Positions 26,601 to 39,900 of a stretch of DNA of 64,000 nucleotides are shown here, piece after piece. Under the pieces are notes generated by a model. The model was not told where the DNA came from, did not search any database, and saw only the letters and a program-made list of their open reading frames with translations. Source of the DNA: Lingula anatina (lineage: Eukaryota; Animalia; Brachiopoda); contig CM120645.1 of NCBI GenBank assembly GCA_051362555.1, positions 20,956,001 to 21,020,000 of the forward strand. Direction: 5' to 3'. The stretch's first letter is position 1, and each line of letters starts with the position of its first letter. Both the position numbers and the translations under genes were made by a program.

Positions 26601-29600
26601 ATATTACTTTTACAAGTATGACTAGATTGAGCCTTGTTCGCAACCCATCTGCATCTGCATCATACTTTAGATAACACAAAAAGAAACAAATACATTAAAG
26701 GGATAATAACTCTTTGTATGAGATCTATATTTCACAATAAAACATTGTGAATAACTCATAGACATTAATATATTCTGTTTTACCACAAAAACGGCAGTTA
26801 TAGCTATTATTCTGATATCTGAGCTTGTCTTTAGACCACGTGACCTCCATTGATGGCTATACTCTGTTAAAATCCCCTAAGAGATTTTAACAAAAGAACC
26901 AAGCTTTTTAGAAAAAACCAGGGACTAACTTTGAATGTGAAAACGGATTCATTAACCATTGGTAAGTATGGGAAAATTGTTGTTTACTCCAGGAAAATTC
27001 ATTTTTTGGTCATAGCGAAGAGTTATTATCCCTTTAATTAAATTAATAAAACCACATAAAAAATTTTAAAAATCTATAGAAATCACAGAGGCCAATTATA
27101 CATCATCTTTGACAAACATTTGGATGCAGTGTTTTAAAAATAATAAAAAAAGTGAAAATTGAGGGGAATATAAAAGTCTGTTTTGCATTGGATAGCATTG
27201 GAATAACAATTTACCCACATGACTTTTAAAACGTGATACGAAAAACAAGAATGCCTACCTGGGTAACACAGTTAGCATAACAACAAAGATTTAAAAAGTC
27301 CTATTTCAAAATAGCATTTCATGAATACGTAACTCACTTGTTATGGAAGCCTAGTGCAACTTCATTCATGACTTGATGGACATAGCCCTTATATTCCCCG
27401 TCTTCTAATTGGCCATCTGACTTGTATTCTCTCACAAACAGCCAATCACCTTTCAGGATAGATGGCCTGTTCTCTGCCAGTCCAGGCACCTGCAGAATCC
27501 AATCAGCAAATTAAACACTCTCAATAAAGGGTACCGGAGGAGATCAGCATTGGTCAGAATTGTGCCGAAAGTGTGACGTCAGTTGGTGTAAGATGCAAAG
27601 CTGAGTGGTCAGTTTTAGCTGGAGGTGAACGGGAGAGAAGACGTGGACTCGGAGAAAAAAGCAGTTTTTCAAGCAACGTGGTAAGATAACATTTCTTCTT
27701 TACGCATTTTGGGCAGAGAATACTTGTAGAAATAATAGGTGCATGATATGAAAACGTGACACGGAACCTGAAGGTGCAAAATCGTGCTTAATTTGCAGTC
27801 AACTTGTTTTGAAATACATGCTGCATCGACAGTACAGTAAGCGCGACAAAGGGAAAATAATTCCCGGGAGGCTATAAATCGTTATCATGTGGAATTTTGG
27901 CATTTATATAATCTGATATGTCCATATCAAAGTATTTTTGGGTGTTTTATGGTATGGGCTACAATTATAACGATGCTTTAGAGTTCTTGAAGGACCTTGT
28001 GAAAACCAGGAAGTAGTTTGTAACTAACAACTGAATCGTACCAATCGACAACTGCTGTGGAAAGATGTATCTTTTTTTTTTTTAATATTCTGACGAATTT
28101 TTAGATCTTTATATGTCCATTTGACATGAAATTCCACACATATGATCACATTAATACACCTCTTACACTGGGGTAGGTACAAATCAGTGACAAATGCCAA
28201 GACAAAGGTAACGTTCTGACAGCCTCTTATTTGAGCTAAAAATCACAAGTATGCAACTGGCATTTAATGGCATCTTACAGCTAATTACCTGTCAAAATGG
28301 ACTTGCACCTTGGTTGCTGGATGCGCGTGTGTATTGGATGCATTCATTGGACAAATAAAACATTTCACTGACAAGATCTTCTCAAAAAGATGAAAAGAGA
28401 ATTCAGATCACAAAGCTGACAGGTAATTAAGACTAGCTCCAAGTTACTAATAATTGAAATTATTATGCAATACTCAGTTGGTAAAGCGATTCTCACAGGT
28501 AGATAAGATATAACATTACCAGTTTTTCAAGGTTATTGATTGCAAGCCTGAGGAAATTGATTGCTAGTCTCTTTTGCTAGTGATTTTTCCCTCCCGGGAA
28601 TTCTTTTCCCTTGATGCTCTTTGTCGCGCTGGCAGTCGCTGCAGCATGTATTTCAACACAAATTGACTGCAAATTAAGCACAATTTTGCACCTTCAAGTT
28701 CCGTGTCACATTTTCATTTCATGCACCTATTATTTCTACAAGTATTCTCTACCCAAAATGCATAAAGAAAAAGTGTTATCTTACCATGTTGTTTGGAAAA
28801 CTTCTTTTTCCTCCGACTACACGACTTCTCTCACGTTCACCTCCAGCTTAAAATGACAGCTCAGCTTCGCTTCTAACACCACTACACTTCACTTCCTGGC
28901 ACAATCAGTCTCCTCCGGTACCCTTTATTACATCCAGCCATGTTAGTACTATATCAACCTCTTCCATTAAAATATATTTGAAATAAATAAAAAATGACAA
29001 TACAATAGCTGTGACCAAGGTTATTAGTATGATTAGAACACGAAATGGTATTAATAAAAACTGGGAATTAATAAGACAAAAATGTGTTAATTTACCAAGG
29101 CAGTGACCATTATGTTGAAAAAAATATTTAAACAATCCAAAAATATAAAGGTATCTCAGTTAAAACCAACGGAATACTTATTAAGACAAGGCAGCAAAGC
29201 TGTCAAATGTACAGACAAAAAACAGAAAATAAAGATGCAAAATAGGTCATTTTGTCAATTTTGATGCAATAATAAATAATGCTTATAATAGCACTGTCAG
29301 TCAACACTGAATTCTAATCATGCACAACAGGTACCATGGTCAATAACAGGAGCGAACCCAGAGATATTTTCTGATAGTATTCCAAAGTATCTATGTTGAT
29401 CCATCCCCCATTTTTATGGTCTTCCAACAGAAAAAAAATAGATACCAGTCAATATAAACTTAATAACCTGACCGTCTTCCGGAAGACCCAGAAGATGGTC
29501 TCAATCCACCCCTTCAATAAGATTACAGTTTCAGGATCATGAGAGTTCAAATTCACATGATGAAAGTCTCAATTTTTGAAAAATGATGACAGTGCATAAA

Positions 29601-32600
29601 ATAATATTACATAATGTTTAAAGACATAAAAAACAATACAACTGCTTACGTGGAAATAAAGACAAGACAGCACGGTTCTGAAATGTTTTTTTCCCCATTT
29701 TTAACACTTTTTTAACATAAAACAAAATTAACAGTTTACTGCCATTTTTATATGATCAACTAAGAAAATTGATGAGATGGGAAATATATAAATAGAACAG
29801 TGTTAAATGTCCAATTTCCTCCATTCTGAGATTCTGAACATAGTGAATGATTAAATCTGACAAACTGCAATGATATGAGTTTATTTCCATTTTTGACACT
29901 TTTTTACACAATACATGATAACAAGTTTACCATCATTTTTACTAAATCAACTAACAATGTTGTAAAGATGCAGGAAATGTCAAACAAACGCTTTTACGTA
30001 TCTTATTAGTTTAATAATGAGACTGTTAACATGCCTAAGAAATGAATCTGAGGAAATGTGAAAAAACAGAATACCTTCAAAAATATTGGCACGATTATGC
30101 TGGTTTACGAACTCAACATGCATTTTAGCAAAACTGACCACTCCTATGACTTTCATGACAATTGGCCCATCTGTTTTTCTTATATTGTGTTTACAGTGTT
30201 GCATATATGCTGAAAAGTGTAAAAAACAGCATAACTACTAAAATAAGAAGTTTACCATCATTTTTACATAATCAACTAACAATGTTGTAAAGATGCAGGA
30301 AATGTCAAACAAACATTTTTACGAATCTTATTAGTTAAATAATGAGACTGTTAACATGCATAAGAATTGAATCTGAGGAAACGTGAAAAAACAGCACAAC
30401 TTATAAAATAATGGCCCGATTATGCTGATTTTCAAACTTGACCTGCGTTTTAGTAAGATTAATTACTCCTGTGAGTTTCATGACAACAGGTCTATCGGTT
30501 TTCCTTGAAATGTGTTAACAGTGTTGCACATATGCTGAAAAGTGAAAAAAACAGCATAACTACTAAAATAGTGGCCTGATCATGCCGATTTTCGAACTTG
30601 ACCTGCGTTTTAGTAAGATTGATTACCCCTATGAGTTTCATGACAACAGGCCTACCGGTTTTTATTGAAATGTGTTAACGATGTTGCATATATGCTGAAA
30701 AGTGAAAAAATAGCATAACTTCTACAATAATGGCCCGATCATGCTTATTTTCGAACTTAACCTGCATTTTATGAATACTCATCAGCTCTGTAAATATAAA
30801 GCCAAAAAGTAAAACTGTCTTCCACTTACGGTGTTAACGCTGAAGGTGCACAGCAACGGTGACGGCAACATGATTGGCGACGGCGACGACAGACGCAGGT
30901 GGCCTCATAATAAAATATACGTATCGTGGATTTTCAGAAAATGTGACAAGCATGGGTCTTCAAGCCCGTGGAGGTTCTAAGTCACACCTTGAAAATGCCA
31001 ATATGTGAAAAATTAAATTTTCACAAAAAACTGATTAACTGCCAAAAAAATTTACCAAATAGACTGCATTGCCCACTGAAGCTTTATTTAAGTCCCATGT
31101 TTCTTCCTGTAAGTTTGAGAACAGTAAGTGACATGGTTTTCCTTAAATGGTCATCATGGGAGCAGTGTCCAAAATAGGGGTGTCTTCAAATTTTGATGCA
31201 ATATTACATAATGTTTAACAGGATAATTACCATCAATTTTTTATAATAAAATATTAGTATCATGGATATTCAGAAAATGTTCCTAGCAAAGGTCTTCAGG
31301 CCCAAGGAACTTCAAAGTCACACCTTGAATATGCCAAAATGTAGACAAGACAGCACTGTCCTGAAATGTGTTTTTTTCCATTTTTAACAATTTTTTAACA
31401 TATAACAAAATTAACAATTTACTGCCATTTATATATGATCAACTTAGAAAATTGATGAGATGGGAAAAATATTAATAGAATAGTGTTAAATGTCCAATTT
31501 CTTCCATTCTGAGTTTCTAAACATACTGAATAATTGAATCTGACAAACTGCAATGATATGAGTTTAATTCCATTTTTGACACTTTATTACACAATACACC
31601 ATAACAAGTTTACCATCATTTTTACGAAATCAACTAACAATGTTGTAAAGATGCAGAAAATGTCAAACAAACACTTTTACGTTTCTTATTAATTAAATAA
31701 TGAAACTGTTAACATGCCTAAGAACTGAATCTAAGGAAATGTGAAAAAACAGCATAACTTCTAAAATAATGGCCCAATTATGCTAATTTTCAAACTCAAC
31801 CTGCATTTTAGTAAGATTGACCACTCCTGTGAGTTTAAATGACAATTGGTCTATCTGTTTTTCTTATATTGTGTTTACAGTGTTGCATATATGCTAAAAA
31901 GTGAAAAAACAGCATAACTACTAAAATGGTGGCCCGATCATGCCGATTTTCGAACTTGACCTGCGTTTTAGTAAGATTGATTGCTCCTGTGAGTTTCATG
32001 ACAACAGGCCTATGGGTTTTCCTTGAAATGTGTTAACAGTGTTGTATATATGCTGAAAAGTGAAAAAACAGCATAACTTCTACAATAATGGCTCGATCAT
32101 GCTGATTTTCGAACTTGACCTGGGTTTTATGAATATTCATCAGCTCTGTAAATATAAAGCCAAAAAGTAAAACTTTCTTCCACTTATCGTGTTAACGCTG
32201 AAAGTGCACGGCGCCGGCATCGGCGACGGCATCGGCGACGGCATCGGCATCGGCGACGACGGCGACGACAGACGCAGGTGATGGCAATATGTACAGACAC
32301 ATCTGTGTCTGTACATAAAAAAGAATTGATAAGGATGCATGCAAAATTATAACAAAAAATCACCTTCAGAACCAGCAATCTGGGATTATCCTTAGATTTC
32401 GTCATGGTTACAGCCTCCATGTCATATTTACGTATATCCACTTCCATCTGTGCTTCTTCCATATGAAGTAAAGAGGCAAAACGTCTTCTATGAGTTTGGG
32501 AGTTCAACTGGCCTTCCAGAATTTCTCTATAAAAAAAAGTTACATCATGTCATGGGGTATTTATAATTTCTCTATCTTTGTATAATAGGGTAGAATGTTT

Positions 32601-33897
32601 GTAATAAACTACTGATTAATGAATTCCTTTAACTTAGCATAAATCCCTTCTGAAATCATGGGTAAATAGCAGCTTGCTAGTGGGATAGGAGAGCTCTATT
32701 GAGTAGGAAAACCATATTTAGAGCACCCCTATCACGTCCATGTCGCAAACAAAAATAATTTTATATTGCAAATATTAAGGATTTGTCAGAATTTAAAGGG
32801 GTAATAACTCTTTGTATTTCATCTATATTTTACAAACCAATTGGGCTTGGACCCTTCCTATGAAAAGCTTGATAGCCTCACTTCTCACATTGCAGATATT
32901 GAAAAGAGAATAGACAGTCATGATAAATAATTGGCCTAGGCTGCGTTCACATGATAAATCTATTTTCTAAAAATCTAAAAATCTATTTGCGGTATCTTGT
33001 GATCACAGTCTGTGCCCTGAATACCCCGCAGAGTAATAACTGGCAGCGCGAGCGAGTTACTTCCAAAGCTGTAATTAATTCTAGGCTGCGCTTGGAGGAG
33101 ATTCTCATACCTTGATGCATGCGCAGCAGGAAGTTAGAAAGTAAATGGCAGTTGCAGTTGCTTTGAAAAATGTGTTTGTCGATTTTGTGCAACAACAAGC
33201 ACTACCACTAGCCATATTATGTGACTGTATGCTTGAGTCGTCACTACTAAACTGATGAACTCCACAGCTTAGAGATACAACTGCGCATGCGTCAAGGTGT
33301 CAGAATCTCCTCCGAGCGCAGCCGAGAATTAATAACAGCTTTGGAAGTAACTGGCTCGCACTGCCAGTAATTATGCCGTGGGGTATTCAGGGCACAGACC
33401 GTGATCACAAGATACCGCAAATAGATTTTTAGAAAATAGATTTTTCATGTGAACGCAGCCTTACTCTGTATGTGTAATAAAATAAATATTTAGTAAAACC
33501 ATTTTTGTAATCTCTAAATAAATGGTTGCAATAATGTTAAGAGAGACAGAGAAAAACAAGCCAGTATAACATTACTTGAGGTTGTCTAGTTCTGTCCCAT
33601 CTTCCAGTGAAATGTTGCCTGTTGCCTCCAGACCTCTGTTCATCAGTCTACGAAGCACTGGGGGAATAGGGTAAGGACCTAGTTCTATCTCCCTTTCTAG
33701 CTCTTCTCTGCCATCTCTACATGAATAAAAACAAGGCAACAGTAAATAAGTTGGAGAGAAAGGAAGACAGCAAGAGACAGGGAGAGAGAGAGAGGGAGGT
33801 AGGTAGAGAACAAAGGAGAGAGAGAGGGGGGGGAGGAGGGAGTGAGGAAGGGAGCTTCTAAGAGAGAGGGGGTGAAGGGATGGAAGGAAGAAAGAAG

Positions 33898-33965
<68 letters not shown>

Positions 33966-36900
33966 GTGCTTACTTGGGAACTGGCAAGCCATCTATGATC
34001 TCCGTCCCCTGCCTGCCTAGAGCCACTCTGGGAGGGCGTCTGAAGGGAGCTGTAGGCTGGAGCTGACGAATGTCATCATTTTGACACCAAGCACACAGAT
34101 ACCTAGTAAAAAAAAGGATTACACCTTTAAAACAGAAGAGAAAAGACTGTATAACTGCAATGCAACAAAGATTTAAGGAAGCATTATCTTATTCACCAAA
34201 CATAATTTATTATTATATTTATTGGTTAGTTATTATAAACTCAGTACAGTGACTATATATTCCATTATGCTATTTGGGCAATAAAAAAGAAGCAGAAATG
34301 GTCTACTAAAATGTTCAAGTTTGTTCTTCATTCTTTATGAAACATAGTCTTAGATCTATACATAAAGGCAAAATGCCAATCTTACTTTTCTTCAAGAAAA
34401 AACAGCACAGTACCTCCTTTAAATTTGCCAAAAATTCCATCAGTTACCACCTATTAATACCTTTTTATGTATATTCTCTGTGGGAAACTTTGGTCTTATC
34501 CACCCTCTACCAGGGCCATAGTTATTATTATGTGAACATTTTTGAAGGTGCAACCCTGTAACATTTGGCCAGATGGAAGCAATATAATTTGCACATGTGC
34601 AGATGGCATTGTACTCGCTCTGCAGGAGCTCTATGTGAATGTGATAAACACTTGTTATGCAATCTGGTTAGTCCTGGTGGTTTAAAGGACCACCCGGAAG
34701 CAACTAGCTATTCATAAGGGGCTGTTTTTATTATATAATATAATAATATAATAATAATTTATTGAGCACTAAAATGTTTCAGTACCATTTTGCAGGCCCT
34801 CTAAACTACTTGTGTTATACATACATGTAATATATATCTAGACCTATTATCACACTTATGTGATATTAGGCTTTCAAACATAATTGTAATTATGTTTCAT
34901 AATTACCTTATATACATAATCTACAGTAACAAGTGGAAGTATTTCTTATTAAATGTGGGGAAAAAATTATCACAGATGAGCAAACTGGTTTGATTGCTGT
35001 CAAAGGGACAAGAGGACAGTAGTTAAATTATAATATAAAGTAGTTATGCTTACAATTGTAATCATCCTTGAGATTTCAGCACAGGGTCACAGTACAGAGA
35101 TAAGTCATCTATTTAACCTGAGACTTATCTGCTAAAATCTAGTGAAAAATCAATCTATGGCCCTGGTAGAGGGTAGGTCTCCATACCTGATAATATGTAT
35201 GTTCTCTGTGGGGGAATTTGGTCTTTTGAAGTGGAAAGCAACAGGAACTCTATAGATCCCAACATAATGGGCTTTGGCTCTCACTGTAATATTGTAGGAT
35301 TCACCTAAGGTGAAAACAAAAAGCATAAGATTCAGATCAAACAGATGAAAAAACTAAAGCCCAGACAACTAGTAATACTTAAATTAAAAGAAGTGACTGA
35401 CTCCATTCTTGCACTTTCAAATGACAATTTTCACAGAAAAAAAAACTTATTCATCTTTCCTTCTAAGCAAGGCCATTGTTTTTCTAACCCACAAGGACAT
35501 ACACTGTATCTTGACTTTGAGACACAAGTACTGTTGCACTGAAAAATTGCTGGCATTTTTTTTTAATTTTCACAGAACAATTTTCTACAAAATACTTTTA
35601 TTCTGAGGAAGTAGGGGTATTTCCTACCTTATACATATATCAAGTTTCTGAGGCACAAAAACTTCAATACGGCCGCATTCACAACAGCGGTCTACCAGAT
35701 CTGCGGATCGAATGTGGCCGACCCACTTGAATGCATCACTTAATCCCCACTGAATCTATTCAGTGTCTAATAGGGGATTATGCAGCAAGCTTATAAGTGG
35801 GTCACCGTATTTGATCTATGTATTAGTCCACTAATGTGACTGTGGCCTTACCATTACCGCATCACTCCAAATCATTGTCAGTTTCTGAACTTGCCTGCTA
35901 GGATGGTTTTAGTTGCTATGCCATCGGTCACTCTACCAGGGTCACTCAAACTGAACACACGTAGACGTTTTAACATTTCACAGTGTTCCAGAATGACCGA
36001 CTCACTGGTACTCATGTTCTTTATGGTCAAATTGATCTCAGTCGTCACTTTCTCTGCCAAGTCAAATGTGTAGCATCCCTTGATCAGCTCTACAGTGCTA
36101 GTGATGGTGATGTCAAACTTGTCAGAAATATAATAGTCTCTGCATAAAAGAAATAAATCTGTTAAGTTATGGTATGAATGATAGAACTTCATGGTAGCAG
36201 AATTTAATTTTTTTTAGATTTAAATTTAATTTTGGCAGCAATAAAGGAAATAATTTGGTGACATAGGAAAATTGCTGAAGTTTCCAGAAAAATCCCTTTT
36301 TGCAATATTAAGGCTTTAATTCTACTCAAATTGCTGTTTACTTTGGTACAGTTTTAATAGTGACTACATACCTAATGATGGTTGTACACAGTGTGTGAAA
36401 CAAAACTTATTTACATGCACTTCTTAATCATGCTGTGACTTTTGGTTGATACAGCAAATCAAAAAAGGGTTCAGTTGAAAAGTTCATAAATTAGGCATTC
36501 TGGCACATATTTTGTTTTTTAATTAGTCAAATAACTTCATTTTTATTAATCAGCAAATCTGGAAATTGATCCTTCTTAGTTTGTGAAATAAACAAGGCAG
36601 CAAAGCTGTCAAATGTACAGACAAAAAAGGCAGGAAATAACTATGCACAAAATAGGCTACTGTCAATTCTGATGCAAAAGTACATTATGTTAAACTGCAA
36701 TTTCAACATCAAATTTTAACTAGAGGATCAGAGAGGCGATACCGCCTCCGAATATTGTACCACCAGCTGGAGCAAGCGCATTCAAATTCAATAGTAACTA
36801 TGGACCTATCTCTGCCAGTTTTGGAGATAAAAGGGAAACAAAATTTGCAAAGGTTAGTTCATGGTGAAAAGTAGGTCAAAGGTCAATTTCAAGGTCACAT

Positions 36901-39900
36901 TTAGATTGCCAGTATATGACTTCCTATTCAAGTCCAATAGTAACTATGGACCTATCTCTGCCAGTTTTGGATATGAAAGGGAAGCAAAATATGCAAAGTT
37001 TAGTTCATGGTGAAAAGTAGTCAGGAGGCTCAGTCCAAATTTTATCCAGAATTGTGCAAAAGATGATAACAGCATGAAATTTTCCACGATGAATGACCAT
37101 TGGGTGTTTGTCAACCCCCTGATCCAAAATAGATGAACACCCAATGGTTATTCATCGGGGAAAGTTTCATGCTTTTATCATCTATGCACAATTCTGGAAA
37201 AAATTTGGACTGAGCCACCTGACTATACCGTACTGCACATTTTGCTTTCACCACCAATATGTACTTTTTGATAGCGTAACTCGAAAACCGTTTGGAATAC
37301 AAAAAAACGGAGACCACCTCCAGTGTTGGGCTTTACATGCTCTACAAAATGCAAAAAAGAATGGGTCTCTAGCATTAACGGTTCCCGAATTAGAGACAGT
37401 TTTCAGTTTCGGCATCTTATGGCCGTTACTCCAGTGAAAATGCACCGATTGACCCCAAATTCACGGAGATGAAAGATGACCTGAAGGGTAACACTTTCCA
37501 ATAATATTATTGGTTAAGTCTGTGTGGTGTCTGAATAACAGGGCAAAAAAAAATTTTTTCATAAAAAATATTATTTTTTTGAAAATTTTGGCCCGTTTGA
37601 CCTTGAAGTAAAGGTCAAAGGTCAAATCCAAGGGCATATTTGAAATCTACACATATGACTTTTGGAAAGCCGTCTGTAGAAATTTTTCCCATAACCCCTT
37701 CCGTAGGGTAGATAATTAGCATTTAATTTTGCCATTTTTGGACAAGGGTGCATTGCAATGAGTGCCACACCCAGACCCCAATACCGGCAAAGCCCAAATT
37801 TTACGTGGAACGAGCTGAGATTATAGGTGACCTAAATCCAAGAGATGGGTATGGGGGCCCTTACCGTCTAGGAGGAGAAGCGGTAACAGTAGCCGTCCGG
37901 CAGAGCCGGCGGAACGATCCGGACGAGACCGAAACCATGTGTACCGCCATCGCTAACGCTGGTGGTACAATTATGCTCAACAGGTAATACCAATGTAAGT
38001 AAAATGTGTAACAAGCATAAGGCTTCAGGCCCATGAGAGTTCAAGTTCACACTTTGAAAATGTATAGCTTCCAGAAAAAGAAGCCAATTAGACTTTTCCA
38101 ACTCAGGCTGCATGCCGATTTTTGAACTTGACCTGCGTTTTAGTAAGATCGATTACTCCTGAGAGTTTCACGACACAGGCCTATTGGTTTTCCTTAAAAT
38201 GTGTTTACAGTGTTGCATATATGTTGAAAAGTGAAAAAAAAAGCATAACTTCTACAATAATGGCCCGATCATCCTGATTTTCGAACTTGACCTGCGTTTT
38301 ATGAATATTCATCAGCTCTATAAATATAAAGCCCAAAAGTAAAACTGCCTTCCACTTATCGTGTTTACAAGGAAAGTGCACGGCGACGACGGCGACAACA
38401 GACGCAGGTGATGGCAATATGTACAGACACATCTGTGTCTGTACATAAAAATAATTATGCCAGCACATTTGCCTTATAAAAATTGACTCTTAACTGCAAT
38501 TTGTCAGAGAAGAATTTCATCAGTTGTGTTATGTTATAAGAATGAAATTATATTTTCAGCCAACAGCTTAATATTTAAACATTGGAGGTAACACTATTTC
38601 AATATTAAGCCGTTGACTGAAAAAATCACTTCATTCTTAACTGAAATTTACTTTAGTGGAAAACACTACAATATGCAACAAATGAAAACATGCCACATCA
38701 GACCTGTTGGCTCTAAGATTATAAACTAGAGACTGCACTCTGTGTCTTTTCCCTTTTGAGTGTTTCTCCAATCCTAATTTGGTGCAGCAATTCTCCTGCA
38801 AATTAGAAAAAAAAATTATTTTACTTTAGTTTGATATTTCTCACTATTTTATGTCAATTACTCATACAAAGGATCTGTTAATTAAGTCATCAACAATCAA
38901 ATTGACAAGCTATCATTTTTTTCAAATTGATTCAATATTTATATGATAATCTATATGAAATTTCAATGATATTTTCTTATTTTTTTCAAAACTAATCAAC
39001 AAATCTAAGCTATGAATTAATTCTAGTATTTCCAAACTTACCTACAAATACAATCTACTAAATTAATCTAATCTAATCTAATCTACAAGGGATATTTATG
39101 CATACTTTATCACCTTGAAAGGGGTTATCACTTAAGTGGGATGGAAAAAGTACAAGGTATTGAAATATTTCAGACAATAGTTTCCATATCTCCTCCATGT
39201 AACCCTGTTGCCTTATAACTCAGCAGCTTATTGTTTAATATACTGTACCTTGTATAAATGTTGCAGAGTGGATTTCTTTTTTGTTATTAGATGAAGTAAA
39301 TTGTATATTCAAACACTGCATAACTTAAACCTTAGTCTGTATATATCAAAGAAAAAATTTTCAGTCACAAAGTGGCAGGGTTCTGCCTAGTCCATTGCAC
39401 ATGTAAACTCAAGTAAAGATGGAATCAATTTTCTTATTGATTTATTTTAGTCATAAACATAATTACAAACCTTGCAAATTTGGCACACGTGAAACTTGTT
39501 CTGCTTTGTGGGACTGTCTTCTGACTTTTTCTCAGAAACATTTGGTGAATCTTTTGATTTTGCTGACAAAGATATGAACTGGTCGACTGCAAGGCGTCCC
39601 TTTTTTCCTTGCTTTCTTCTAGACATTGGTCCCTCTTGTGATTTCAAAAACAAAATTTCCAGCTGATAATAAACTCTATACTTGTCAGCAACAATCATGA
39701 ATGAGAATTCATACTTCGCATTCACTTCATTTTTAGATTTACATTTCCTCTTACTATAATATTATTACAAAGAAGGCTGTTTGTAGAACTGACTAAGTAA
39801 ACTGCTGTAAAACATTCACCTGAGAAGAGTTAATCATAATCAGCAGGTCAGCATGAATAAATGCCACAGATATGTACAGGCATATAAAAACATCCAACTA

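Larger units (their letters stand above)
36591..38450 (+). mobile_element. Helentron-like family B, second copy, interrupted by a family A element
   Basis: Same 5' and 3' termini as 29186-32318. Confidence 0.75.
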
